From IMG/VR virus record IMGVR_UViG_3300045051_000987, positions 49,553 to 113,552 of that record: a stretch of 64,000 nucleotides of DNA. One strand, written 5' to 3'. The notes beneath the pieces are model-generated. The model was not told where the DNA came from. It did not search any database and saw only the letters and a list, made by a program, of their open reading frames with translations. The stretch comes from a virus. A program made the position numbers and the translations under genes. Positions 37,237 to 46,641 of the stretch are shown piece by piece; the stretch's first letter is position 1; every line of letters starts with the position of its first letter.

Positions 37237-37866
37237 TCAACGCGCCTCTGAGGCGCTCGTCACTCTGCGGACCGCGGCGCCGACCATCCGGCGCGCGTGT
37301 CCTTCGGAATCCATGCGATACGTGAGCCGCGCGTCGAAGTCCGCGTAGATCGTCATCGCCGTCTCGTCGATGCTGCGCCCCTCGAGCACGAGCTCGACCG
37401 CGAGCCGCTCAAGGCCCTTGAGCTCGCTCACGAGGCGCGCAGCACGCTCGCGCATCTCAACGATCGTCTCGAGACTCACGCCCTCGGGCTCGATCGCTTC
37501 GAGCGCTTCCACGACGTCGACGGCGACCTGACGAGCAGGATCGCGACGGCGCGGGTCGGGGTAGCCGGCGACCTGACGAAGGCGCCGCTGACACGCACGA
37601 CCGAGCTGCGCGTCGACGTAGGGCACGAGCGCCGCGCGCTCCGGATCCCACGAGTCGACAGCGCGCCACAGCGCGACGAGCATCTCCTGGATCAGATCCT
37701 CAGCGTCGAGGCTCGTCTGCCCGCTCCACATCCACACGCGGAGGAACCGCTTCGCGCGGAGCTCGAGCGCGGGGCGGATGTCGCGCGTGAGCTGATCGAA
37801 GGTGAGGGTGCCCACCCGAAGCGCCTCGAGCGCGCTTCGGTGGGATGCGAGATTGCTCGGACGCAT
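37237..37866 (-). CDS. Phage RNA polymerase sigma-70 family factor
   Basis: Region 2 LDAEDLIQEMLVALWRAVDSWDPER; region-4-like LKGLERLAVELVLEGRSIDETA. Confidence 0.85.
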   Translation of the reverse strand: MRPSNLASHRSALEALRVGTLTFDQLTRDIRPALELRAKRFLRVWMWSGQTSLDAEDLIQEMLVALWRAVDSWDPERAALVPYVDAQLGRACQRRLRQVAGYPDPRRRDPARQVAVDVVEALEAIEPEGVSLETIVEMRERAARLVSELKGLERLAVELVLEGRSIDETAMTIYADFDARLTYRMDSEGHARRMVGAAVRRVTSASEAR

Positions 37867-37868
37867 GA

Positions 37869-40034
37869 TCAGGCCACCTCTTCCGCGTCGTCGAGATCGA
37901 GCTCTTCGTTCGCAGCGCCCGCCGGCACGAGCCCGGCCTCGATCACGAAGCGGGACACGTCGATCGGGACGACCTTCGCGCCGACCGAGGCCCTCGTGTA
38001 GTAGCTGACGTGGAGCACGTCGCGCGCGCGCGTCATCGCCACGTAGGCGAGGCGCCGCTCTTCGTCCATGTCCTCGGCGCGGCCGTGCGGGAGGAGCTTC
38101 TCGCCCGCGCCCGTGAGGAAGACCACCGGCCACTCGAGGCCCTTGCTGCGGTGGATGCTCATGAGCGTGATGCGATCGACGCCTTCCTCGCCCACCTTCG
38201 CGCGCTCCGCCGCTTCGAGCGTCTCGGCGATGTACTCGAGCAGGCCGTCGACGCTGTTGAAGCGCTCCGACGCGCGCACGAGCTCGCGGATGTTCGAGAC
38301 GCGGTTGTTCTCCGGGCTCTCGGCTCCCTCGTCGCGCGTGAGCCACTTCACGTAGTCGGTGCGCATGAGCATCTCGTCGATGAGAGACGCCGGCGTCGGG
38401 CGGTTCGCGCGCGTCGCAGCCTGAACCGGATCCTTCTCCGCGAGCTCGCGATCGTCGCGGATGCGCGTCGCCATGCCTTCGATGAGCGTGCACCACGCGA
38501 GCGCGCTGTCGCGCTGACGGCCCTGGATGCGCGACTCCGACGAGCGCGCGAGGTCGTGCACGATCTCGGTCCATCCGATCGACTCGCGACCCGACTCGCG
38601 CTCCGCGCGCGCCTCGATCTTCGCGACGAACTCACGACCGAGGAAGCGGAAGGGCGCGTTGATCGAGCGACGCACGTCGTCGAAGGTGCCCTTGCCCGCG
38701 GCGAGGCGGAGGTACGCGAGAACGTCCTTCACCTCCTTGCGCTCGTAGAAGTTGGTCCCGCCGATCACGACGTACGGGATGCGCGAGCCGAGGCACTGCT
38801 CCTCGAGCGCGCGGCTCTGAGCGTTCGTGCGGTAGAGGCACACGATGTCCTTCCACGCGCGCCCGTCCGCGTTGAGCTCGCGGATCGCGGTGACGACGCC
38901 CTCGGCCTCGGTGTCGGCGTCCGAGAATCGACGCACCTCGACGCTTCCCTCGAAGGGAACGCCCGCCGCCGTGCGGTAGTCCGAGACGCCCATCGGCGCG
39001 CCGTTGATCGTGCGCTCCGCCGTGATCTTCGTGCCGAGCGTCGTGCCGGGGCCCATCGCCGAGAGCACGCCGTTCGCGGCGTCGATGATCTTCGAGCCCG
39101 AGCGGTAGTTGCGGTGGAGCGAGATCGACGGGGCCGACCACGTGCTCGCGAAGTTGAGGATGCCGCTCGGGTCCGCGCCGCGGAAGCCGTAGATCGACTG
39201 CGCGGGATCGCCGACGACCATGTAGTTGCGGTGCTCGCCCGCGAGCATCTCGCAGATCGCGCGCTGCACGCCGTTCTCGTCCTGACACTCGTCCTGAAGG
39301 ACGTAGTCCCAGCGCTTCGCCCATCGCGCGCGGAGCTCCTCGCTCTCGTTCATGCGCCACCACATTTCGAGGAGCATGTCGTCGAACGTGATGAGCAGGC
39401 GCGCGCGACGTTCCTGCTCCGAGCGATCGTAGGCCTCCGCGAGACGACGAGGATCGCGCTGCGCGCTCGGCTTCTTCTCGTGGTACGCGACCGCCGCCTC
39501 GTAGGCCTCTTCGCTTCCGGGGAGCGCACAGTTGGCCTTGCACACGCCGATGAACTGCTCGACCGAAGTGAGGTCGGCACCGTCCCAATTCATCCCCTTG
39601 AAGCCGAGACAGTCCTTCACGACGGTGCGGAACCGATCGCGATCGTCGGTCTGCCATCGGCGGAAGTCGGACCACTCCTCGCGAAGAAACTGGTGCGCGA
39701 GGCTGTGGAACGTGCCCACGCGCGCCGAACTCGAGGCCTCGCCGGGGAGGAGCGACACGAGGCGCGACGTCATCTCGTCGGCCGCCTTCTTCGAGAACGT
39801 GAGGGCGAGCACGCGTGCGGGGTGCACGCCGTGCGCGAGGTGGAGCATCGCGATGCGGCGCACGAGCGCGGTTGTCTTCCCCGAGCCGGCGATCGCTGCG
39901 ACGAGCAGCGGCCCGTGGTTGTGCATCACGACCTGAGCCTGCTCGGGGTTGAGCCCTTCGAGGAGGCTCTCGCGAGTCGTCGGCGCGCGCGGAACGGGAC
40001 GCTTGGCGCGAGCGCGAGGCTGATTCTCTTCCAT
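37869..40034 (-). CDS. UvrD/PcrA-family SF1 helicase
   Basis: LNPEQ, AGSGKT, LTFSKKAA, TFHSL, DECQD, VGDPAQSIYGFRGA, NYRS, YRTNAQS, SIHRSKGLEW, EERRLAYVAMTRA. Confidence 0.96.
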   Translation of the reverse strand: MEENQPRARAKRPVPRAPTTRESLLEGLNPEQAQVVMHNHGPLLVAAIAGSGKTTALVRRIAMLHLAHGVHPARVLALTFSKKAADEMTSRLVSLLPGEASSSARVGTFHSLAHQFLREEWSDFRRWQTDDRDRFRTVVKDCLGFKGMNWDGADLTSVEQFIGVCKANCALPGSEEAYEAAVAYHEKKPSAQRDPRRLAEAYDRSEQERRARLLITFDDMLLEMWWRMNESEELRARWAKRWDYVLQDECQDENGVQRAICEMLAGEHRNYMVVGDPAQSIYGFRGADPSGILNFASTWSAPSISLHRNYRSGSKIIDAANGVLSAMGPGTTLGTKITAERTINGAPMGVSDYRTAAGVPFEGSVEVRRFSDADTEAEGVVTAIRELNADGRAWKDIVCLYRTNAQSRALEEQCLGSRIPYVVIGGTNFYERKEVKDVLAYLRLAAGKGTFDDVRRSINAPFRFLGREFVAKIEARAERESGRESIGWTEIVHDLARSSESRIQGRQRDSALAWCTLIEGMATRIRDDRELAEKDPVQAATRANRPTPASLIDEMLMRTDYVKWLTRDEGAESPENNRVSNIRELVRASERFNSVDGLLEYIAETLEAAERAKVGEEGVDRITLMSIHRSKGLEWPVVFLTGAGEKLLPHGRAEDMDEERRLAYVAMTRARDVLHVSYYTRASVGAKVVPIDVSRFVIEAGLVPAGAANEELDLDDAEEVA

Positions 40035-40414
40035 CGTCGATTCTCCTTGGGGCGAGCCCCGAAGCTGTCTCCCTGCGAGACGAGATGGAACCTAGCCGGA
40101 CGCCGCGCGCATGTCCAGATTGATTTAGGTGGCTCCTCTGGATTTCGCGGATCACCCTGTTCACCCGGGTGAACACGAGATCCGCGGGCCTTCTTGCGCT
40201 TCTCTCGACGAAGACGCCTCGCTTCTGCGAGATCGTCCTCAAGCGCGAGGCGAAAGATCCATCGATCGACGGTGTTCTCCTCGACGTTCAGGATCCGCGC
40301 GGCGCCGCAAATGTTGCCCTCGCTCTTCCGCAGCGCGTTCCTCACGCGACGACGAGCGAGCTCGGTCTCGCCCGCGCGCATGATGCGTCCAATCTCGGTG
40401 CTTCGGTTCGGCAT
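39926..40414 (-). CDS. Fis-type HTH protein
   Basis: RVRNALRKSEGNICGAARILNVEENTVDRWI; the C-terminal part runs through uvrD regulatory DNA. Confidence 0.7.
   Translation of the reverse strand: MPNRSTEIGRIMRAGETELARRRVRNALRKSEGNICGAARILNVEENTVDRWIFRLALEDDLAEARRLRREKRKKARGSRVHPGEQGDPRNPEEPPKSIWTCARRPARFHLVSQGDSFGARPKENRRWKRISLALAPSVPFRARRRLARASSKGSTPSRLRS
40158..40175. promoter_or_regulatory. Dispersed palindrome copy 6
   Basis: 18-bp core upstream of uvrD. Confidence 0.85.
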
Positions 40415-40421
40415 GACGAGC

Positions 40422-41435
40422 TCATCGTGCACGACGAAGCGCACCGTGCACGTGCGTGATCGCCTCGCGCCACGCGGCGCCGTTCGCTTCGTCGCTCGCA
40501 TCGTCGGGGGCGATGTCGAAGTGCACACGTCGGAGCGTTGTGTAGCGCGCGAGCAGCTCGTAGAGGCGCTCGAAGGCCGTGTCGCCGGCCTTGTCAGGAT
40601 CGGTCGCGACGAGCACCGCGTCGAAGCGTGCGAGGGCTTCGATCTTCTCGGCGCCGAGGTTGTTCGCTCCGAGGATCGCGCACGGGTTCGGCGCTCCCGC
40701 GCGCTCCATCGCGAGAGCCTTGAACACGCCCTCTGTCACCGTCGCGACGCGCACATCGCGATCGAAACCGGGCTCGCCGAAGAGGGCCGCATCGGGACGA
40801 CACCCGCGCTCGCTCTTCGCGTCCGGCGTCAGGTAGCGCACGCGACCGTCGTCGAGGAACGCGCGCGCGACGTACGAAAGCAGGCGCCCGCCGGTGTACA
40901 CGGGCACGACGACGCGCCACGCGCAGCGCCCGATCGTCGCGAAGCCGATGTGCCACCGCGTGATCTGCCAGTCGGGGATCCCGCGCCCGTGATCGACGAT
41001 CGGCTTCGTGAGGTAGCTGAGCGCGCGCGGATGCCACTCGCTCCCGTCGACGCTCGGGATCATCACACCGCGCGGGAGCTCGAGCTCGACGCGATCGCGG
41101 CGCGGCATCACGACGCGGAGCCGCGGAAGGTCGTCGTCCTCGAGCGCACGCGAGTGACCGCGCACGACGTGCTCCCAGCACCAAGCGCCGGCTTCCTCGA
41201 TCGTGAGCCCGCGAACGGCCGCGACGAGCTCCCACGGGCCGCCGCCGAACCCGCAGCTCATGCACCAGTGCGAGCCGTGCCGCACGCCGCCGTCGTCGAT
41301 GATCGACCACGATGGATCGCGATCATCGTGCGCCGGATCCGGGCACACGCTCTTCCACAGCCGACCTTCACGCTTCGCGCGGATCCCAAGCTGCTCGAGG
41401 AGACGCGGGATCGGGACACGGACGCGAGAAGCCAC
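40422..41435 (-). CDS. DNA primase (CHC2 Zn finger + TOPRIM)
   Basis: CPDPAHDDRDPS...CMSCGFGG; TEGVFKA; DPDKAG. Confidence 0.9.
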   Translation of the reverse strand: MASRVRVPIPRLLEQLGIRAKREGRLWKSVCPDPAHDDRDPSWSIIDDGGVRHGSHWCMSCGFGGGPWELVAAVRGLTIEEAGAWCWEHVVRGHSRALEDDDLPRLRVVMPRRDRVELELPRGVMIPSVDGSEWHPRALSYLTKPIVDHGRGIPDWQITRWHIGFATIGRCAWRVVVPVYTGGRLLSYVARAFLDDGRVRYLTPDAKSERGCRPDAALFGEPGFDRDVRVATVTEGVFKALAMERAGAPNPCAILGANNLGAEKIEALARFDAVLVATDPDKAGDTAFERLYELLARYTTLRRVHFDIAPDDASDEANGAAWREAITHVHGALRRAR

Positions 41436-41441
41436 GGCCCA

Positions 41442-41699
41442 TCATCCCGCGCCGTCGCTCTCGAGGAGCTCCATCCGAACGCACCACTCGCACGAGCCCT
41501 CGCCCGCGCAGCGGCACCGACCGTTCGGGTGCATGAGATCCGAGCTCTCGCGCACGCTCATCGCAGCGAGCGCCGTGTCGACGATCGCGCTCTCGGCGCG
41601 CACGTCTTCCTCGATCGGCGTGCCCTCCGCGCGACGGCGTAGGCGCTCCATCGCGTTGCGGATCGCGCGCTCAGGTTCATCTTCGGCGAGGGTGCTCAT
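41442..41699 (-). CDS. Small Cys-rich hypothetical protein
   Basis: HPNGRCRCAGEGSCEWC. Confidence 0.6.
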   Translation of the reverse strand: MSTLAEDEPERAIRNAMERLRRRAEGTPIEEDVRAESAIVDTALAAMSVRESSDLMHPNGRCRCAGEGSCEWCVRMELLESDGAG

Positions 41700-41702
41700 C
41701 GT

Positions 41703-43259
41703 TCAGTCCCTTCGCGACGGCTTGCGCTTCGAGGTCTGCTTCACGTTGATCTCGCCGACGTCGCCGAACTCGCGCGACGCCTCGAGCCCCGGATCGTAGG
41801 GCACCTCTTCGCCGCCGGTGATCAGGCCGCACGAGCCCTGCCAGTCGAAGCGCACCGACCAGAACGCGCGGCCCTTGCGCTGCTTGAGGTTGATCACCTC
41901 GAGCGAGTCGTCGGGGATCCCTCGCTTGAAGTGAGCATCGCGGTGCACGCCCCACAGAAGATCCGCGACTTCGACGAAGGCGCCGGAGCCCTTCACCGAC
42001 TCGCGCGTGGGGCGCTTGTCGGGCCGCTGCTCGACCTCCTTGAGCTTGAGCTGGTGGACCATGATCCCGTGCACGTTGTAGCGCGCGTGCATGTCCTGCT
42101 GGCGGTAGAGGGCTTTCGTCACGCCGTCGTACGAAAGATCGATCAGGCACCGCTCCCACAGGTCGGAGACCACGACGTCGCACCCGCTCTCCGCGATGTA
42201 GCCCTCCCACACGTCGAGCGAGCGATCGTTGCTCGGCCGGCCCTTGCCCGAGTCGATCGAGAAAAAGGCGTTGTCCATGAAGTGAATGCGCTCGGTGATC
42301 CAGTCGATCGCGTCGTGCGCGTCGGCGAGCTCGTCGGGCGTGAGGTTCCCTTGCACCACGCGATCGATGTCGATCCGGCATCGCTGCGCGACCATCACAT
42401 CGAGGCCGAGGCTGTCGGTTCCCATCTCCCACGCGCCCACGAGCACGCGTCGATCGAGAGCTGCGAGACGCAGCGCGAAGTCGGCCGTGAACGTGCTCTT
42501 GCCCGAGCCCGAGAGACCGACGACGAGCGACGTGCGCTTCGGCATCACGCCCTCGACGAGACGTGCATCGATCGCGTCGTAGCCCGACGGGTAGAAGTTG
42601 CCCGACGCGGCGCGCGCCGCGAGCTCGGCCTTCCACGATCGGTTCAGCTCATCGGGGCGTCGCATGAACTTCCGCCCGCCGACGCCGCCCTCGACCGCAC
42701 GAAGGAGAGCGCGCGCGGAGCCGGCGAGAGCTTCGGCGCTCGTCTTCGGATCCTTGAGCAGGCGCACGAACTCCGGCATCGCACCGCGCACGATGCGCGC
42801 GCGCGTCGCGTCCCATCGAAGCGTCTCGACGTGATAGGCGAGGTTCTCGGGCACCTTCGCAGCATCCTCGATGCTCTCGAGGTAGCCGTCGTCGACGGGC
42901 ACGCCCTCGTCAGCGATCAGGCGCCGGAACACGTCCGAGTCGAACTCGAGATCGTGCTCCTCCATCACGAGCAACGCGCGCTGCATCGCGGTGTGCTCGG
43001 GCACGAGGAACTCGTCGGGTGAGAGCGAGCGCACGAGCGTCTTGCGCGACGCGCGCGATGCGATCGCAGCCGCGATCACGACCCGCTCGTTCGTCGCGTC
43101 ATAGACGATCTCGTCACGCTTCTCGGCGGGCTTGCGCTGCGTGCGCTCGGTCGGGCGCGGCGCCGTCTTCGGCGCTTCCTCCACGCGCTGATCGAGCTGC
43201 TCCTTCACACGCTCGGCGATCTCCTCCGGCGGGAGGATCGGGGGTCGCTTCGCCGCCAC
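41703..43259 (-). CDS. DnaB-like replicative helicase
   Basis: N-terminal NERVVIAAAI...LSPDEFLVPEH; SGYDAID, GLSGSGKS, WEM, HQL, GSGAFVEVAD, KQRKG. Confidence 0.92.
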   Translation of the reverse strand: MAAKRPPILPPEEIAERVKEQLDQRVEEAPKTAPRPTERTQRKPAEKRDEIVYDATNERVVIAAAIASRASRKTLVRSLSPDEFLVPEHTAMQRALLVMEEHDLEFDSDVFRRLIADEGVPVDDGYLESIEDAAKVPENLAYHVETLRWDATRARIVRGAMPEFVRLLKDPKTSAEALAGSARALLRAVEGGVGGRKFMRRPDELNRSWKAELAARAASGNFYPSGYDAIDARLVEGVMPKRTSLVVGLSGSGKSTFTADFALRLAALDRRVLVGAWEMGTDSLGLDVMVAQRCRIDIDRVVQGNLTPDELADAHDAIDWITERIHFMDNAFFSIDSGKGRPSNDRSLDVWEGYIAESGCDVVVSDLWERCLIDLSYDGVTKALYRQQDMHARYNVHGIMVHQLKLKEVEQRPDKRPTRESVKGSGAFVEVADLLWGVHRDAHFKRGIPDDSLEVINLKQRKGRAFWSVRFDWQGSCGLITGGEEVPYDPGLEASREFGDVGEINVKQTSKRKPSRRD

Positions 43260-43262
43260 CGA

Positions 43263-43769
43263 TCAGGCTCCACGTCGCTGCGACGCCGCCACGCGGAAGT
43301 CGGTCACGAGCTTGTCGCCGAACTGCATGCGCCAACCCATGCGGTTCCGATCCTTCTTCTCGCGCTTGGCCCACTCCGAGCGCTCCTTCTCGCGCTTCCA
43401 CGCCCATCGGATGAAGATCGCGCAGCGCGCGCCGTCGTCATCGAAGTGCGTGTGCAGCACGCGCAGCGCCGCGCGCGACGCAGCTCGGAACTCCGCCGCG
43501 TTCTCGAGCTCGACGGGCTCGACCGAATAGACCGAGCGATGACACCACGCGTAGAGCCCGAGCATCGTGCGAGCGTCGGCGCCGTCCCACTCACCGCTCT
43601 TCGCTCGAGCGTCGGCCGATCGGATCGCAGCTTGTATGTCCGAGAGCGCCCGCCCGCGCGTGGCGCCTGCGACGCGATGAGCCTTCGTCGGATCGTCGAG
43701 GAAGTCGCTGAGGCCTTCGGAGACCGCGATCGGCTCGGGGGGCGTTGGTCGACGCACGCGGCTCCTCAC
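43263..43769 (-). CDS. Hypothetical protein (replication module)
   Basis: GTGA overlap; immediately upstream of DnaB; start uncertain (43769 or 43757). Confidence 0.6.
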   Translation of the reverse strand: MRSRVRRPTPPEPIAVSEGLSDFLDDPTKAHRVAGATRGRALSDIQAAIRSADARAKSGEWDGADARTMLGLYAWCHRSVYSVEPVELENAAEFRAASRAALRVLHTHFDDDGARCAIFIRWAWKREKERSEWAKREKKDRNRMGWRMQFGDKLVTDFRVAASQRRGA

Positions 43770-44293
43770 TCGGTCGCTCCCTCTGCGGCCTTCGCTGCCT
43801 TCGCTGCGTCGTTCTTGATGAAGTCTGCGTAGATCCGCCTGTACTTCGCGGTCCCCGCGGCTTCGGCGTGCGCCGCGAGCCACGCCATGATCGTGCGGGC
43901 CTGCTCCTCGACGTCGTCTCCCTCGACGAGCTTGCGCGTGAAGATGAGCCCGCCGAACTTCACCATCGCGTACTGCTTCGGGAGCGGGAGCGTGACCTCG
44001 GGGTACGAGCACACGAGCACGTCGCCATCGCGCGCGATGAAGGTCCCGATCGGCGAGGCCTTGCCGTCACGCTCGACGTGCGCGCGCGCCGCGCCCTTCG
44101 GCGGATCCTTGCGCAGCTCGTCGACCTTCGCGCGCGCCTCCTCGGCCTGAGCTCGAGCAGCGGCTTCCTCGCGTCGCGCTTCGGCTTGGATCGCAGCGGC
44201 CTCTTCGGCGTCGACGTCGTTCGGCGCGGGCGTCGCCGGCTTGCTGAGCTCGGGGCGCTTCACACGCCGCACTGGCTGGGTCTGATCGGTCAC
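43766..44293 (-). CDS. Hypothetical protein (replication module)
   Basis: GTG after SD GAGGAGG and CATGAT motif. Confidence 0.7.
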   Translation of the reverse strand: MTDQTQPVRRVKRPELSKPATPAPNDVDAEEAAAIQAEARREEAAARAQAEEARAKVDELRKDPPKGAARAHVERDGKASPIGTFIARDGDVLVCSYPEVTLPLPKQYAMVKFGGLIFTRKLVEGDDVEEQARTIMAWLAAHAEAAGTAKYRRIYADFIKNDAAKAAKAAEGATE

Positions 44294-44312
44294 GAGAGCC
44301 TCCTCGGGCGCA

Positions 44313-45770
44313 TCATGCCGCGCGGGTGAGGAGCTCTCCGATCTCGACGATGCTCGTGCGTCCGCCGTTCCACCCACCGAAGGTCTTCGGCATCGAAGGG
44401 AACACGTGGCGATCCCACACGACGTAGAGCCGGCCGAGATCCTTCGCTTCGGCGGGACGACACACGCGCCCTCGCACCTGACCGAAGAACTGTCGGTTGT
44501 TCCCGATCGGAGTCGTCATCACGCCCGACCGCACCGCGGGCATATCGATCCCCTGACCGACCGCCTTGAACGTGCCCACGCACACCGGCACCTCGCCCGT
44601 CTTGAGGCGAGCCTTGTCCTCGGAAAAGCGCACGCGGTTCTCGTCACCGCCGAGGAGTAGACCGCTCGAGACGCCGGCGTCGAAGAGCTCGGTGTCGGCG
44701 AGCGTGCGCGCGTGCTCGATGCGATGCGTGAACACGAGTGATGGCGCCTCGCGCGCGCTCAGCCACCGCACGAGCTCGACGATCAGCGCGTTGCGCGCGG
44801 GGTCGGTCGTGATCTCGTCGAGCAGTTGGTTGAAGTCGCGCTCGCCGCCGGCCGCGTCGCGATACCAGTCCGCGCGGAAGTCGGTCGGGACGAAGACGAT
44901 CTCAACGGGCGTGATCGAGCCCTCTTGCTCGAGCACGTCGCGCTCGATCTCGTACACGACGCGCCCGAACTGGTCGTAGATCAGGAACTCCTTCTTGTCG
45001 CGACGCGTCTCGTCGGCCGTCACACCCACGCGGTAGCGCGCGCCGAAGGAGCTGATCACGTTCTGGAACGTCGACGCCGCCACCATGTGAGCCTCGTCGA
45101 CGCCCACGAGCCCGAAGCGCCCGGCGACCTGATCGAGCGGGAAGCTCTTGCTGTTCAACGTCTGCGCGAGCGCGAGCGTGAGGCGTGATCCCGTCGTGAG
45201 CTTCGAGGATCCGCGGAGCACTCCGATCTCGCGCTCGCTCAGCCCGAGCTTCTCCACCGCGACGTCGATCCACTGCGTGAGCAGGTTCGAGTCGTACATG
45301 ATCCAGAGCGCCGGTTGCCCCGCGAACTTCGAGAGCGCGAGGCCCGCGAGCGTCTTTCCGCTCCCGGTCGGCGCGCGGATGATGCCCTGCTCGGCCTTGA
45401 GCACGGCCTCGATCGCTTCGTCCTGATACCACCGCGGCGTGAAGCGCAGCGGAGGCCAGTCCACGGGGTCGTGACGCGTCCGGCGATCGAGGAAACGGAT
45501 CCCGTAGTCGTGGGCCTTCGCGATGTTCCTGAGCCGCTCGGTGGCGCCGCGCGGGAGCGAGAGGCTCTCGGCCGGTGTGCCCTTGTCGTGGAGCTCCCAC
45601 GTCGGGATCTGGCTCGAGGTGCCCCACGTCGCGAAGCCCATCCCCTTCTTCTTGTGGAAGTCCGGATTCGCGTGCGTGGTGGCCTTCTTGAGCTCGGCGA
45701 CGAACGATCGCGGCAGACCGGCCGGGAGCCGGATGCGCGAGTCGAGGATCACCGTGAGGTCTTTCGCCAC
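44313..45770 (-). CDS. SF2 DEAH helicase (ResIII/XPB/UvsW-like)
   Basis: PRWYQDEA, APTGSGKT, DEAH, GVTA, GQGIDMP, QVRGRVCR. Confidence 0.93.
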   Translation of the reverse strand: MAKDLTVILDSRIRLPAGLPRSFVAELKKATTHANPDFHKKKGMGFATWGTSSQIPTWELHDKGTPAESLSLPRGATERLRNIAKAHDYGIRFLDRRTRHDPVDWPPLRFTPRWYQDEAIEAVLKAEQGIIRAPTGSGKTLAGLALSKFAGQPALWIMYDSNLLTQWIDVAVEKLGLSEREIGVLRGSSKLTTGSRLTLALAQTLNSKSFPLDQVAGRFGLVGVDEAHMVAASTFQNVISSFGARYRVGVTADETRRDKKEFLIYDQFGRVVYEIERDVLEQEGSITPVEIVFVPTDFRADWYRDAAGGERDFNQLLDEITTDPARNALIVELVRWLSAREAPSLVFTHRIEHARTLADTELFDAGVSSGLLLGGDENRVRFSEDKARLKTGEVPVCVGTFKAVGQGIDMPAVRSGVMTTPIGNNRQFFGQVRGRVCRPAEAKDLGRLYVVWDRHVFPSMPKTFGGWNGGRTSIVEIGELLTRAA

Positions 45771-45786
45771 GCCCCATCATGCCGCG

Positions 45787-45858
45787 CGTGTTCACCCGGG
45801 TGAACACGAGGGGTGGACGGGGCTCAGCGTGAGGACGTGTTCACCCGGGTGAACACGT
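45787..45858. promoter_or_regulatory. Dispersed palindrome copies 7 and 8 (tandem pair)
   Basis: 45787-45808 and 45835-45858, centres 49 bp apart, abutting the SF2 helicase promoter motif. Confidence 0.85.
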
Positions 45859-46231
45859 TCGCCGCCTGCTTCGCGATCGCAGCGATCACGAGGATCGTCT
45901 CGTGACGTCGACGGCGCCGCTGCGCGACCTGCTCCTCGGTGAAGAGCTTCGGCTTGATCACGTCGTCCTCACGGATGAGCTTCTTCTCGAAGTCGATGAG
46001 GTCGTCGATCGTGATCCGATCGATGTGCGAGCCGCGCACGAGGTACGGGTCTCGGAGCGCCGGTGCTTCGAGGTCGACCTCGACACCCACGACGCGCCCG
46101 CTGTCGTCCACCGCGAGGAGCGCAGGCCATTCGTTGCCCGTGACGAGCTGCGCGAACAGGGGGAAGTCGGCCGCTGCGCGCGTCATGGCGAACGTCGGAG
46201 ACACGAGGAGGATCACGGGGGTCTTCTTCAC
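45824..46231 (-). CDS. Hypothetical protein
   Basis: GTGA overlap; 3' end carries a palindrome copy (VFTRVNT). Confidence 0.6.
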   Translation of the reverse strand: MKKTPVILLVSPTFAMTRAAADFPLFAQLVTGNEWPALLAVDDSGRVVGVEVDLEAPALRDPYLVRGSHIDRITIDDLIDFEKKLIREDDVIKPKLFTEEQVAQRRRRRHETILVIAAIAKQAANVFTRVNTSSR

Positions 46232-46641
46232 GCCGAGCCTCCCCACACGTGTCGCTCGAACTTCTCGGGCTTGATGTCGCGCCGGCCAACGAGCTCGCTC
46301 ACGAGCGGTGTCGCCTCGAGCGCGGCTTCGATCGCGCGGAGCTGCACGAGGCGCTGTTCGAGCGTCGGGTAGGTCTCGACGGTCACGAGCAGCGTGTCGC
46401 CGGCCACGAAGAGCCCAAGCGCCGTCCACCACGCTTCGGCGCGGCGGAGGTTCGCCCGGAAGCGCGAGCGGGCCTTCGTCGTGCGCCGGAGGTGCTCGGC
46501 CGCCGCCGGGACGTCTCGCCGACCCACGTGGGCGTCCGCCGCACTGACCGCGCGCCGGACGTGCCTGAGCATCGTCGACACGATCCGGGAGGCCTCAGCG
46601 CCGGGCATCGTATGTCGGGGTGTCGGGGTGAGCTTCGCCAC
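46228..46641 (-). CDS. Hypothetical protein
   Basis: GTG 6 nt after CATGAT motif. Confidence 0.6.
   Translation of the reverse strand: MAKLTPTPRHTMPGAEASRIVSTMLRHVRRAVSAADAHVGRRDVPAAAEHLRRTTKARSRFRANLRRAEAWWTALGLFVAGDTLLVTVETYPTLEQRLVQLRAIEAALEATPLVSELVGRRDIKPEKFERHVWGGSA

Noticed and set aside
45787-45858. Two palindromes separated by 26 bp, resembling a minimal CRISPR repeat-spacer-repeat
   Set aside because: Only two copies, the other nine are isolated, there are no cas genes, and one copy lies inside a CDS.
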